Positions 1-11,179 of a stretch of 64,000 bases of DNA are shown in pieces. Origin of the DNA: Somniosus microcephalus (Eukaryota); the NCBI GenBank assembly GCA_052327205.1, contig JBMRGM010000038.1:11904001-11968000 (forward strand), in the 5' to 3' direction. Below the pieces are notes generated by a model. That model made no database searches, was not told the origin of the DNA, and saw only the letters and a list, made by a program, of their open reading frames with translations. Numbering within the stretch: position 1 is the stretch's first letter; each line of letters starts with the position of its first letter. The position numbers and the translations under genes are program-made.

Positions 1-266
1 CTCCTCCCTCCCGCCCCCCCTCCTCCCCCCTCCCCGTCCTCTCCCCTCCCCCGCCCCTCCCTCCCCCGCCCTCCCCCTCCCCGCTCTCTCCCTCTCTTCC
101 ACCCAGTCGCTCTCTCTCTTCCCCCCAGTCGCTCTCTCTCTTCCCCCCAGTCGCTCTCTTTCTTCCCCCCAGTCGCTCTCTCGCTTCCCCCCAGTCGCTC
201 TCTCTCTCTCTTCCTTCAACAACATGCCCTCGAAAAAGCCTCGGCACCGCCGGGCACTCCTGCTAG
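1..266 (+). mobile_element. 3' end of non-autonomous Helitron (family A)
   Basis: Ends with hairpin CGGC-acc-GCCG then CTAG (263-266) followed by T; inverted copy of the sequence starting at ~1638, including the GA/CT minisatellite. Confidence 0.7.
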
Positions 267-272
267 TCTATA

Positions 273-350
273 TCTATATATATATAAAGCGATTCCTTAT
301 GTTTTGTCTGTCCGGCTATACGCTCGAAAGTTATAGGGCGTACCTACCCA
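273..350 (+). mobile_element. 5' end of a Helitron running into the gap
   Basis: A|TCTATATATATATAAAG start, then tctgtccggctatacgctcgaaagttatagggcgtacc shared with the 42555 element. Confidence 0.65.
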
Positions 351-850
351 NNNNNNNNNNNNNNNNNNNNNNNNNNNNNNNNNNNNNNNNNNNNNNNNNN
401 NNNNNNNNNNNNNNNNNNNNNNNNNNNNNNNNNNNNNNNNNNNNNNNNNNNNNNNNNNNNNNNNNNNNNNNNNNNNNNNNNNNNNNNNNNNNNNNNNNNN
501 NNNNNNNNNNNNNNNNNNNNNNNNNNNNNNNNNNNNNNNNNNNNNNNNNNNNNNNNNNNNNNNNNNNNNNNNNNNNNNNNNNNNNNNNNNNNNNNNNNNN
601 NNNNNNNNNNNNNNNNNNNNNNNNNNNNNNNNNNNNNNNNNNNNNNNNNNNNNNNNNNNNNNNNNNNNNNNNNNNNNNNNNNNNNNNNNNNNNNNNNNNN
701 NNNNNNNNNNNNNNNNNNNNNNNNNNNNNNNNNNNNNNNNNNNNNNNNNNNNNNNNNNNNNNNNNNNNNNNNNNNNNNNNNNNNNNNNNNNNNNNNNNNN
801 NNNNNNNNNNNNNNNNNNNNNNNNNNNNNNNNNNNNNNNNNNNNNNNNNN
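351..850. other. Assembly gap (500 N)
   Basis: Run of N. Confidence 1.
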
Positions 851-899
851 AGACAGACAGATAGACAGACAGACAGATGTATCCGTTTATATATATAGA
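851..899 (-). mobile_element. 5' end of a Helitron (minus strand) running into the gap
   Basis: Reverse complement TCTATATATATAAACGGATACATCTG(TCTG)n, like the start at 42555. Confidence 0.65.
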
Positions 900-1637
900 T
901 AGCTGGGGGAGCCCGGCTTTGCCAGGGCTGTTTTGGGCCGGGCGGTTTAAATCGAGTGCCAGGCTTCGGGCCCTGTGTCTCTGTCCCTGTGTGAATCTGC
1001 TGCCGTGCAACATTTTAAATCGAGTCCCAGGCTTTCGGGCCCTGTCTGTCGGTCCCTTTGTGAATCTGCTGCCGGGCACCATTTGTACCTTTTAATACCT
1101 TCAAAGATGAAATTGAAAGTACTTATAAAACGTTTTTGGTAAATGTTATGTTATTTTTAAAAGAGATACTAACTTTTTCTAATTCCCTGTGTGAATCTGC
1201 TGCCGGGCAACATTTTAAATCGAGTCCCAGGCTTTTGGGCCCTGTCTCTGTGTCCCTCTCTCAATCTGCTGCCGGGCAATATTTCTACCTTTTAATACCT
1301 TGAAAGATGAAAGTGAAAGTACTTATAAAACGTTTTTGGTAAATCTTATGTTATTTTTAAAAGAGATACTAACTTTTTCGTAGCTGGATGAGCAGAGTAG
1401 TTTGAGCTGGAAGTTGTGAAGCAATGGCTGCCCGATACCTGAGTTGAAAAGCATTAGTCCCGCCCACAGAGGCAGCGATTGGCCAACAATCAGGCAACTG
1501 AACTGTAGGATTGGTCAATCGTGATGGCACAGGATTGGTCGAACCTTGACGTCAGTCAATCAATGCTAAATAGCAGATAATGAGTTTAATTTTGAAGATT
1601 TTTTGCATAAGGCTGCGAACAATTTTCGTCCGACCGA
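900..1637 (-). mobile_element. Helitron family B, 3' portion
   Basis: Homologous to 42730-43672, including internal repeats and terminal hairpin GCCCTGGCAAAGCCGGGC; terminus reads CTAT rather than CTAG. Confidence 0.7.
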
Positions 1638-3557
1638 TAGCTGGAGTGCTCGGCGGTGCCGAGACTTTTTCGAGGGCATTTTGTTGTTGGAAGAGAGAGA
1701 GAGAGCGACTGGGGGGGAAGAGAGAGAGCGACTGTGGGGGGGAAGAGAGAGAGCGACTGGGGGGGGGAAAGAGAGACAGTGACTGGGGGGGGAAGAGAGA
1801 GAGCGACTGGGGGGAAGAGAGATAGCGACTGGGGGGGGAAGAGAGAGAGCAACTGGGGGGGAAGAGAGAGCGCGACTGGGGGGAAGAGAGAACGACTGGG
1901 GGGAGAGAGAGCGACTGGGGGGGAAGAGGGAGAGCGACTGGGGGAAGAGAGAGAGCGACTGGGGGAAGAGAGAGAGTGACTGGGGGAAGGGAGAGAGCGA
2001 CTGGGGGGAAGAGAGAAGGGGGGAGAGGGGGGGGAAGGGGGGGAAGGGGAGGGAGGAGGGGGGTAGGAGGGGGAGGGGGGAGGGGGGAAAGGGGAGGGGG
2101 GAAAGGGGAGGGGGGAGGGGGGATGGGGGAGGAGGATGGGGGGGAGGGGGGATGGGGAGGGGGGATGGGGGGGGATGGGGGAGGGGGAGGAGGGGGAGGT
2201 GGGAGGAGAGGGTGGGGAGAGCGGGGAAGGGGGCCGATGGGAGGGGGAGAGGGAGGGGGGAGGGGGGGGAGGTGAGGGAGAGTGTGAGGGGGGAGGTGAG
2301 GGAGAGTGTGAGGGGGGAGGGGGAGAGGGGGAGGGGGAGCGGAGGGGAGGGGGAGAGGAGGGGAGGGGGAGAGGAGGGGGAGGGGGGAGAGAGGAGGGGA
2401 GGGGTGGGGGATGTGGGGGAAGGAGGGGGGAGAAAGTGAGGGGGGAACCAGCAGACCCTTTCCCCTCTGCCGGCGATGGCTCCGCTGAGCTCCGTGCCGC
2501 CCCACGCACTGACATGCCGAGCACAGCACCCCGTTCAGCCTGAGCTCCGCCCCGCCACCCCGAGACCGGGCCTGAGGCGGCTTGAGATGGCCAATTGCGG
2601 CTGTCCGGGCCCGGTTGCCTTGGTAACCCTCCTCCTCTCTCGCCTCACGATATCCGGGACCGGGCCTGGGCCTGAGCGGCTTGAGACCGCCAATTGCGGC
2701 TGGCGAGCCTGGTTGCCGGGGTAACCCTCTCTGCACCCCCTCCCCTCCTGAGACCCGCCCACCCCGAATGAAGCGCGAGGAGCTTGCAGTGAGCCCAGCC
2801 AGCCTTTACCAAGATGGCTGGCCGCTGGTTCGGAATCGGACCCAGCGGGGGCAGTGGGGGGTGAGGGATGGGAGGAGCTTGCCAGAAAACAATTGCCTAG
2901 GGTCCAGCATGGCTGGCAACAGACGCCCAGGCTTCGAGGCCTACCTGCAAAAACGGGGAAAGGTAGGAAAATTAATGAGATTAGTTAAAAGATTTAGCAA
3001 GTAATTAACTTTTTTTAAAAACAATATGTGTTTTAAAAGCAACTTTTTTTTAAAAGACGCAGAAAGCAGGAAAAAGAAATGAAAATTTTGGAATCAAGAT
3101 GGTGGCGACTCACCTTGGTTCAGAACGATAAGGCCCGCCCACACACGCACCAATTGGTCGACCGTCAGGTCACCAAAGCGTAGGATTGGTCATTTGTCCC
3201 GTCACTCGACTCTAGGAGGGTCCGCCCACACGCGCCAGGAACCCGCCCCCACCATGAAGTGGCTGGTCGACCGTCGGGTCGCTCGACCGTACGATTGGTC
3301 GACCTTAATGTCACTCTATGCTAATGAGCGGATAATGAGATGCTAATGAGCGGAATTTTGAACGTTTTTTGGATACCGCGGGCTCAATTTTTGTCTCGCC
3401 AGAATGTAAATACGCTTATGACCGTTCTGGAATCGTAAGCTTTCTTTTGATGTAACGCACGTGTAGTTACACTCCATAACTTTAGAGTGTATAGCCGGAC
3501 AGACACACCGAAGGACAGACAGACAGACAGACAGATGTATCCTTTTATATATATAGA
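1638..3557 (-). mobile_element. Non-autonomous Helitron family A with GA minisatellite, G-rich tract and GC-rich interior
   Basis: 5' A|TCTATATATATAAAAGG plus (TCTG)n at 3557; 3' hairpin CTCGGC-acc-GCCGAG then CTA at 1640-1638. Confidence 0.7.
1690..2445. repeat. ~22-bp GAGAGCGACTGGGGGGAA minisatellite grading into a G-rich low-complexity tract
   Basis: Directly visible tandem units and G runs; source of the spurious Pro/Gly ORFs. Confidence 0.9.
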
Positions 3558-3921
3558 TAGATAGAAGATGTAAACCACATCCAACCCTCTGGATCGGCTC
3601 CAGCTGCTGGTTGCGGGTTCGAGTCCGGTTGTGGTGACAGCGGCTCAGGGTCACTCCGGCTGGTTTTATATCGGGACAGTGTTTCAGGGAGGTGCTGTTC
3701 AGCGGTTGTGCGATAATAATTTTCAGAATGAAGTTTGCTAGATTAAAGAGCTCTTTGTCTGTTACTTTTGATTTACGCTGTGCCCAGTTGTATAAATGAA
3801 CCATTAACAATGTTTAAGAGATGTGCTTTGTTCAATGTTTGTGCAGTAACTCTCTCACCCAGTGTGAGCCTGAAAGACAATTCCCCAGTCTGGGCTCGAA
3901 CCTATCTAAGGAGCACTTTGT

Positions 3922-3982
3922 GGCCGGTTACCTCAGTTGGTGAGAGGGTGGCGCTAATAATGTGAAGGTCATGGGTTTGATC
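3922..3982 (+). pseudogene. tRNA-Ile(AAT) pseudogene, 3' truncated
   Basis: ggccggttacctcagttggtgagag...ctAATaa...aggtcatgggtttgatc matches the vertebrate tRNA-Ile-AAT body. Confidence 0.8.
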
Positions 3983-4134
3983 AGAATATTTTCATCATTT
4001 TACGGTTTTTCATAACATTTGAAAGACAAACTTTAAAAGGGAACAAATCCATACCGAATCTCATAGGGGAATTATTTGGATCAACATCCATTGCACCTTT
4101 CACACCAGGCTGGAGAAACACATTGATTATACTA

Positions 4135-4575
4135 TCATAGATTGATACGGCACAGAAGGAGGCCATTCGGCCCATCAACTCTGCACTGGCACATTGAAAG
4201 AACTCTCCAATTAGTCCCACTCCCCTGCTCTTTCCCCACAGCCTTTCAAATTTCTCCTTTTCAATATTCCCCTTTGGAAAGTTACTGTTGAATCTGCTTC
4301 CACCGCCCATTCAGGCAGCACATTCCCAATCACAACTCGCAGCATAAAAAAATTCTCCTCATCTCCTCTCTGGTTCTTTTGCTGGTTATCTTCAATTGGT
4401 GTCCTTTGGTTACCGACCCTCCTGCCACTGAAAATAGTTTCTCCTTATTGACTATAGCAAAACCACTTGTAATTTTGAAAACCTCTATTAAATTTACTCT
4501 TAGCTTTCTGAGGAAACCAATCCCAGCCTTTCCAGTCTCTCCACATAACTGAAGTCCCTCATCCCTGGGACCACT
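4135..4575 (-). mobile_element. CR1 LINE 3' fragment
   Basis: catag tail and cacagaaggaggccattcggcccatc 3' UTR; degenerate ORF2 C-terminus. Confidence 0.75.
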
Positions 4576-4745
4576 CTCTGAGGCATGAAACCGAGGCTGT
4601 TGCTCTGTGTTTCTCTGCCTCTCTCTCTCTGTCTCTATCTGTCTCTCTCTTTGACTCTTTCTCTCTCTCTATGTCATATCTTCTGACTCTTTCTCACTCT
4701 GTTCACAGCTGGACTATTGCTCTGACAGACTCTGCCTCTGTTAGT

Positions 4746-4816
4746 TCCTCATTAGTATAGTTGTGAGTATCCTCGACTGTCATGTGGGGGACTGGGGTTA
4801 ATTCACCGACGGGGAT
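4746..4816 (+). pseudogene. tRNA-Asp(GTC) pseudogene
   Basis: tcctcattagtatagttgtgagtatcctcgactGTCatgtgggggactgggg...ccgacgggga; T-loop/B box damaged. Confidence 0.8.
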
Positions 4817-5266
4817 GCTTTTAAACATCCCCAATTTTAAACCTTTGGGCAACTCCTTCAAATGCTCCTTGTTGAAGAGAAAAAAAATAACTTAATGAAT
4901 TTTAAAAGATGTAGTAGCATATGAAGAAATGTATAACAACTTTCTGCAACATTTCCTCGTTTGTATAGTTTGCCTCTCCCTTTTGCATGGGGGACGGAGG
5001 AGGGAGAGAGTGATGGAGAAAATGAGATTAACAAGGTTACGCACAAAAAGCTGGGGTTTGGGACTTAGCACGACGACTCTTTCCATGAGACAGCACAGGC
5101 ACGAGGGGCCGAATGGCCTCCCACTGTGCCGCAAGCCTCCATCATTCCATGAAACTCAGATGGATATCTGAGGTATACACACACAAAGAGAGCACCCACA
5201 GATGTCTGTGTCTGTGTGTGTTCGTGCAATTATCTCAAGCACTGCATAACTACTTTCTCTACCAGG

Positions 5267-5291
5267 TCCTCGATAGTATAGCAGTGAGTAT
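5267..5291 (+). pseudogene. tRNA-Asp 5' fragment
   Basis: tcctcgatagtatagcagtgagtat. Confidence 0.5.
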
Positions 5292-5389
5292 TGAATTCCT
5301 TGATGGCTTCTCTCTGTCTGTGTGTCTCTGACTCTCTGTCTCTCTCTCTCTGTCTCTGTGGTCTCTTAGTTCCTCACTCAGTGGCCTAC

Positions 5390-5690
5390 TGAGCAGTAAG
5401 GAATAGGGCACACAGATTTAAATTTTTGGGCAAGAGATACAGGGGGATGTGAGGAAAAACCGTTTTACACAGCGAGTGGTGAGGACTTGGAATTTGCTGC
5501 TGAGGGAAGTGTTGGAAGTGGAGACACTCAATGTTGTCTAGTGGATAGGCACTTGAGGGAAACAAACTTGCAGGACGACGGGGATAGCGCGGGGAAATGG
5601 GACTGACTGGATTGCTCCACAGAGAGCCGGCACAGACTCGATGGGCCGAATGCCCTCCTTCTGTGCCGTGTTACTCTATGATTCTATGAC
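5390..5690 (+). mobile_element. CR1 LINE 3' fragment
   Basis: ORF2 C-terminal remnant (tttacacagcgagtggtg), gatgggccgaa 3' UTR, ctatgattctatga tail. Confidence 0.8.
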
Positions 5691-5749
5691 CTGCATTTGT
5701 AGACCACAGTTCTCTTCTGTGATGTTCTTACTACAGCTCATGGAGCAGA

Positions 5750-5822
5750 GTTTCCATAGTGTAGTGGTTATCATGTCCGCCTAACACGCAAAAGGTCCCC
5801 TGTTAGATATCGGGCAGAAACA
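5750..5822 (+). pseudogene. tRNA-Val(AAC), probably pseudogene
   Basis: 73 nt Val body with ctAACac loop and TTTT after; B box mutated (gttagatat) and stem mismatches. Confidence 0.8.
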
Positions 5823-6364
5823 TTTTATAAAACATTCGCCATTAAAATTGAATTAACATGAAAAAGTTCAATTAATTGTGTGGTTAAATATGAATAAAAT
5901 GATATATCTCATAAAACCCGTGTATTTTCTCTGTGCAACTCTGGACCATCAGCAGCAGCAAAATTGTATTCAACCACAATCTGTAGCCTCCAAGCCTGGC
6001 AGATCCTTCACTCTACCATTACCATCAAACCAGATGTTTAGTGGAGCAGGCCAGGAGCGGCACCAGGTGCACCTAAAAATGAGACCATTCCAAACTGGTG
6101 AAGCTGGATATGGAACCAAGGCGGGCCAATGCAGCTGAGATACAGATTATCCAGGATCTAATTGAATGAAGGAACAGGGCTGAGGGGCTGAATGTCCTCC
6201 TCATGTTCCTATTAGTCTCTCACCATTAAGAAAATGTTACAAAATGTCTTTCTCGCATCCCAGTGGCTGATCGCATACTCACCGACATTGTACCCAGTGC
6301 TACAGTTTATCCCACGATCTTGGAGCCAAAATACATATTTTGAAAACCTGAAGCACTGGCTCTG

Positions 6365-6424
6365 CACGAACCACCATCCTTTCAGTTAACAGCCAAACGC
6401 ACTAGCCGATTGCACCACAAAGAG
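6365..6424 (-). pseudogene. tRNA-Asn(GTT) pseudogene
   Basis: Reverse complement ctctttgtggtgcaatcggctagtgcgtttggctGTTaactgaaaggatggtggttcg; 3' acceptor lost. Confidence 0.8.
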
Positions 6425-7021
6425 ATGCTAAACAAATGATTACAACATACACTGAAGCTGGAGATTACCGAGATAAAACCTCAGGTCACAGAGAGTAAGA
6501 TAAGAACTGTCCAGACTCTGTTTACTTGTCCAAATTAAAGAAATGAAACATTCATTGTCGGAACATGGAAATAGTCACTGAAAGAAAATCCGCTAAACAA
6601 ACTGATTTGAAAACCCGCTTTGGGCCATTAGATCGATTCATCAACCAATGGTGACGGTGAGATATTAACATGGTGTCTGGGTTTCTCACAACTGTTGGAA
6701 TGTTCCCACGGCTTATTTTACTGTTGTATTTGTTCATCAATGTGGAGATCAGATATACACGTGGTCGCTTCACTGGTTGCCCTGGGAACCAGATACACCA
6801 GAGCATAGGCCAATGATGGGACTCTGCCCTTTCTGCTCTATATGGGGGTAAGTAGCAACCGAATGAGAACAAAGAACCTACCACAGGCCTGGAATGGAGC
6901 CTTTCGCCATCCATCTGTGTGGGGCTCAGTACCATTCTGGGTGAGATCAGCAAACTGAGCGCAGTCCGGGAACGGATCCTGATCACACCCTGCTCTGAGT
7001 GGCTCCACTGTATGAGAACAT

Positions 7022-7395
7022 CACCACAGGCCGGGGATGGAGCCTGGGCCCTTCCTACTCTGTGGGGCACAGTAACACACTGCTTGAGATGGAGTAACAC
7101 ACCACAGGCCGGGGATGTAGCCTGGGCCCTTCCTACTCTGTGGGGCTCAGTAACACACTGCTTGAGATCGAGTAACACACCACAGGCCGGGGATGTAGCC
7201 TGGGCCCTTCCTGCTCTGTGGGGCTCAGTAACACACTGCTTGAGATGGAGTAACACACCACAGGCCGGGGTTGGAGCCTGGGCCCTTCCTACTCTGTGGG
7301 GCTCAGTAACACACTGCTTGAGATGGAGTAACACACCACAGGCCGGGATTGGAGCCTGGGCATTCCATGTTCTTTGTGGGGCTCAGTACCACACC
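7022..7395. repeat. 78-bp minisatellite, ~4.7 copies
   Basis: caccacaggccggg recurs at 7022, 7100, 7178, 7256, 7334; degenerate copy near 6880. Confidence 0.95.
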
Positions 7396-7714
7396 GCCTG
7401 CAATAAACTAACAGGCCGAAGACCGAGGAAGGAAACTGATCACATCCTGTAGTGTGCGGCTCAGTACCACACCGGGTGAGATCTGAAAACTCTGCACTCA
7501 TGCGGAGCCCCTGGGACGGAGCTACCATCTGCCTTCCTGCAACAACAGACAGGGAGGCGGGACTGAGGCTGTTGTCTCAATGTTTTAAAGCTGATTTCAC
7601 AGGCGATCCCCAGCTCTTGAATCCCCCAGCAGAGAATTCAAGGAGAGTTTGATTTAACTGAGATTCAACATCAGTGTCTGAAGTAACCAAAGTACTATTA
7701 TACTTTAATTTTTA

Positions 7715-8507
7715 TGTTAGAATATGTATAATGTAGCATCATTGTACAAGGTGGAGGTAATTAGTTAATTCATACCTGAGTTAAACGATATATGGGTCTG
7801 TATATTGCATTTACTAGCTAAGTTTTTAAAACATGATTAAGTGACTTCAAATGCTGAGAAATTAAACTGCAGAGCAACTCGTGGGAAGATTGGCGAGGAT
7901 GTCTACTCGGCCAGGCAAGGCAGCACATATAAAAGATAAGACACCTAAGAATTCATTCATTCATAAACTCACAACAGGTTTCCATTACATCAAAGTACGG
8001 TGGGACTAATCAGAATGTGCTTGCTTTGCAGAAGTAACCCGAGACAAGGTCAGAATCTGTGCTTTGCAGAGATTGAACGAGGACTGTTATCTTAAGAAAA
8101 CATGTAACGAGCAAACCGCCTGGCCAGAGACAAACAGACTGTTGTAAAGCAATAGATTAAAATGAGGCCGCAGTCACAGAAGGCCACAAGACCAACTGAT
8201 AACAGGCCTGTGAATTTGTAGGCGGCAGGAAGGATTAAATGTCACAGTTTATAATTGCCATTTAGCAATTAATCTGTATATGCTGATAAGCTTTGCACCC
8301 GCTCCTAGTGCAGGGGTTAGATTTTTATATAATTGTGAACGTTGCTGGGATATCGGTGGAGTCGGATTCAGACAGCGATCTGAAAGGTTCTCCCCAGGCC
8401 TGTGAGTAAAGACCGTTTAGAACCATAACTCCAATTCTGTCATCTTTTCTGGGGATGGTGTGAGCATCGACCTTGCATATCACTTGGTCCGCAAAACACC
8501 TCCAACA
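7715..8507 (+). mobile_element. ERV 5' LTR
   Basis: TGTTAG...CCAACA termini, TATA (~8325) and AGTAAA (~8405), PBS immediately downstream; left boundary less certain. Confidence 0.7.
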
Positions 8508-8509
8508 AT

Positions 8510-8527
8510 TGGCATAGTTGGCAGGAT
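8510..8527 (+). promoter_or_regulatory. Primer-binding site complementary to tRNA-Ser
   Basis: tggcatagttggcaggat vs tggcgtagtcggcaggat (complement of the vertebrate tRNA-Ser 3' end), 16/18. Confidence 0.85.
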
Positions 8528-8568
8528 CACCAACCCTCTCCGAGTCGCAGTATCATCGGGCTGGGAAG

Positions 8569-9653
8569 TGTCAGGGTTGGGGAGCCACGGGGCCGTATAA
8601 ATACGAGGCCGTGCTCTCTGGGCGAGGTAGGTTCTGGACCCAAGTGCAGAAACCAGACAAGAGACACATATACAATACTTGGTTTGAACTTTACTAGATT
8701 CACACATAACTAGATTAACACAAGGGACACAGCAATATACATAAGAACCAGAGACAAGAGAACTCGAGACAGAAACATTAAAACTAGAGACAAGTTACAA
8801 GACAGCTAGTCAAGATAGGAACTCAGGACAGCTTCCATGAGGAAGTCCACTTGTCTATACTGAGCTTGCGACAAGCTACCACAAGGGGCAACCGGCTTGC
8901 CGAGGCACAACTCCAGACAAGCTACCCCAAGGGTAATCGGCTTATCAATGCAAGGCTCAAGACAAGATCCCAACGGCTCCCACATAGCAACACGCTAGTC
9001 CAAACAGCACCTTACCAAGACAAGCAACTTAACAGAACAACCGACTTAAATACATCTTATATCCAGAGACAAGAACACAGAATTAGATACATCGCTCGAG
9101 AGAACTAGAACACAGACTTAGGTACATAGCTCGAGAGAACTAGAACACAGACTTAGATACATAGCTCGAGAGAACTAGAACACAGACTTAGATACATAGC
9201 TCAAGAGAACTATGGCAGCCAGCTTGTGAAGGCAAGCTGCCATAGAGGAAAGGCTAGTCACACAGAGAACCTAGTCAAGACAAGAAACATTGTCAAGACT
9301 AACTCCTTGGTTCACCCTAGTGAGGACTGAGCCCTGAGTGAAACAACAACAGAACTTATATACCAAGAAAACCAGGTGCCACCCATAAACAGCTAACAGG
9401 CTGATTAAAAACTAACACAGGGTTAGAAACAATTAACACCAGAGACTAAGACAATTAACAAAGGAACAAACAAGTGAAGGTGACTGGAGTGCATAATTAG
9501 TTTAAATAATCAAATTTTAATTTGAGGGGTTAAGGTTTTATTTAAAGGGGTACTGGATTTTAGTTAGTTTATTTTGTTAATTTGTTTAACACAAAGAAGC
9601 AAGTGAAGGTGCCATCTAGAGGTTACAAAAAGGAACTGACTGGCACCCTCACA
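8569..9653 (-). mobile_element. Solo LTR nested in the ERV leader
   Basis: TGTCAGGGT...ACCCTCACA inverted termini, flanks gggaag/gagaag, minus-strand TATA (~9358) and AGTAAA (~8690), internal 35-bp repeats 9070-9210. Confidence 0.6.
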
Positions 9654-9784
9654 GAGAAGGGTGAGTACATTTTACCTTGCCACCCCTCGGTAGAGTTCAG
9701 ATGTGCTGTAAGATTCAGAAAGTCGGTGGAATAAGAACTAAAAGAAACAGACTAGGAGGAACTGGTGCTGTCTCGGGAAAAGGC

Positions 9785-9972
9785 TGGCGGGGGCGGCAAA
9801 ATCCCCTAACCCAGAGGGCAGGAAAATCCTCTTAAGCCGGGAGGCGGCAAAACCTCAGTAAAGGAATGAATCTAAGTTGAGGAGGTGGCAAAATCCTCTA
9901 AATAAGCCGGGAAGGCGGCAAATCCTCTAAGCCGGGGAGGCGGCAAAATCCTCTGAGCCGGGAAGGCGGCAA
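9785..9972 (+). repeat. Degenerate GCCGGGA(A)GGCGGCAAAATCCTCT repeats in the ERV leader
   Basis: About seven ggcggcaa-type units. Confidence 0.8.
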
Positions 9973-11179
9973 GTATTGGATGCCTGGGAGTCACGAGGTG
10001 ATCGACACGGACAAGGGTGGTGGACTATTTCAAACACCTCGCCTGAGACTGAATTAAGAGGATGTCATCCCACATAACGGCCAGGATCAAGTAGGTGTCG
10101 GGAACTATAAACACCACAGGATCATGATCCCATGACGAGTGAGTGTGCGCAAAATAATTGTGTGTGGGTGAATGATAGGGTAACATAAGAACTATTGTGA
10201 AGTAAGTCAGATACTATATAGAATGCCTAAAAAGGATGCAGAGATAAAGGAGGTGGGACCCTCCCCTTGCGAGATCCCAACTCTGTCACTATGTAGTAGA
10301 CAAAGATCAAAAACTTATCAAAACTATGAAAAAGAAAGGGTGGGATCCCGAAGACAGTGCAGTGAGCCAAAGGGCTTGGTGGAGGGGACAAACCAAAGAT
10401 AAAGAGGGAAAAGGGGGAATGGTAATTTTAGCTTGTTACCAGAAATAATGTAAGGAATCGAAACAGAAGGGAGAGATAAAGAAGGAAAAAGATCTAATTT
10501 GCAGGCTAACCAATTTGAAAACTCAGCAAAGGAAGGAAAAAAAAGCAGGTATTTGGAAAGCCAGGAAAAGTTGCTGATTCACCGATTTTAAAAAGGAAAA
10601 TAAATATAAACTTAAAGCTTTACCAACATGGAAGTTATTAACATCTGTACCGAGACAAATAAAACACAAGATTTGCTGAGTGAAAGTAACCTTAAAAATA
10701 TGCTGAAATTTTAGTTTGTGTGAACGTGTGTTAAAGTGTGAAAGATTTCCTGATTATGGAGGTTTAAGAAGTTACTATATTCCTTTGTCTGAAAGTCTGT
10801 CCTTAAAAAAAAAGAAAAATGTCCGTTGTGTGTTTTAGCTCCACCCACTTATCTGCGTTTAAAAAAAGCTTTTAACCCTTTTTATCTTGTCTTGGATTTT
10901 GGAAGTTTTAAGAATGTGTGAATAAGATCGTGCCCCCAGAATTGGAAAAAAAAACTTTGAACTAATTTAAGTTAAGCTAGTGTGAAAAAAATGAGAAGAA
11001 CGAAAAGTTTGTTTAACAAAAGATAAAGTTTCAGTCTAAGACTTAACCTTGGAGTTATGAGGTAAATTAACCTATTAAAACCAGACTTTCATTGTGGCCA
11101 CGGTGAAATTCTGGTTGGTGTAAATTGGTGTAGTTTGAATTGAATAAGTTAACTCCAGTCCGCAAGAAAATCCGATAGT

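Noticed and set aside
224-1082. ORFs 224-898 and 297-1082
   Set aside because: Artefacts of translating through the N gap
1552-2736. Long Pro-rich/Gly-rich ORFs (extensin/formin-like)
   Set aside because: Translation of G-rich low-complexity DNA inside a Helitron
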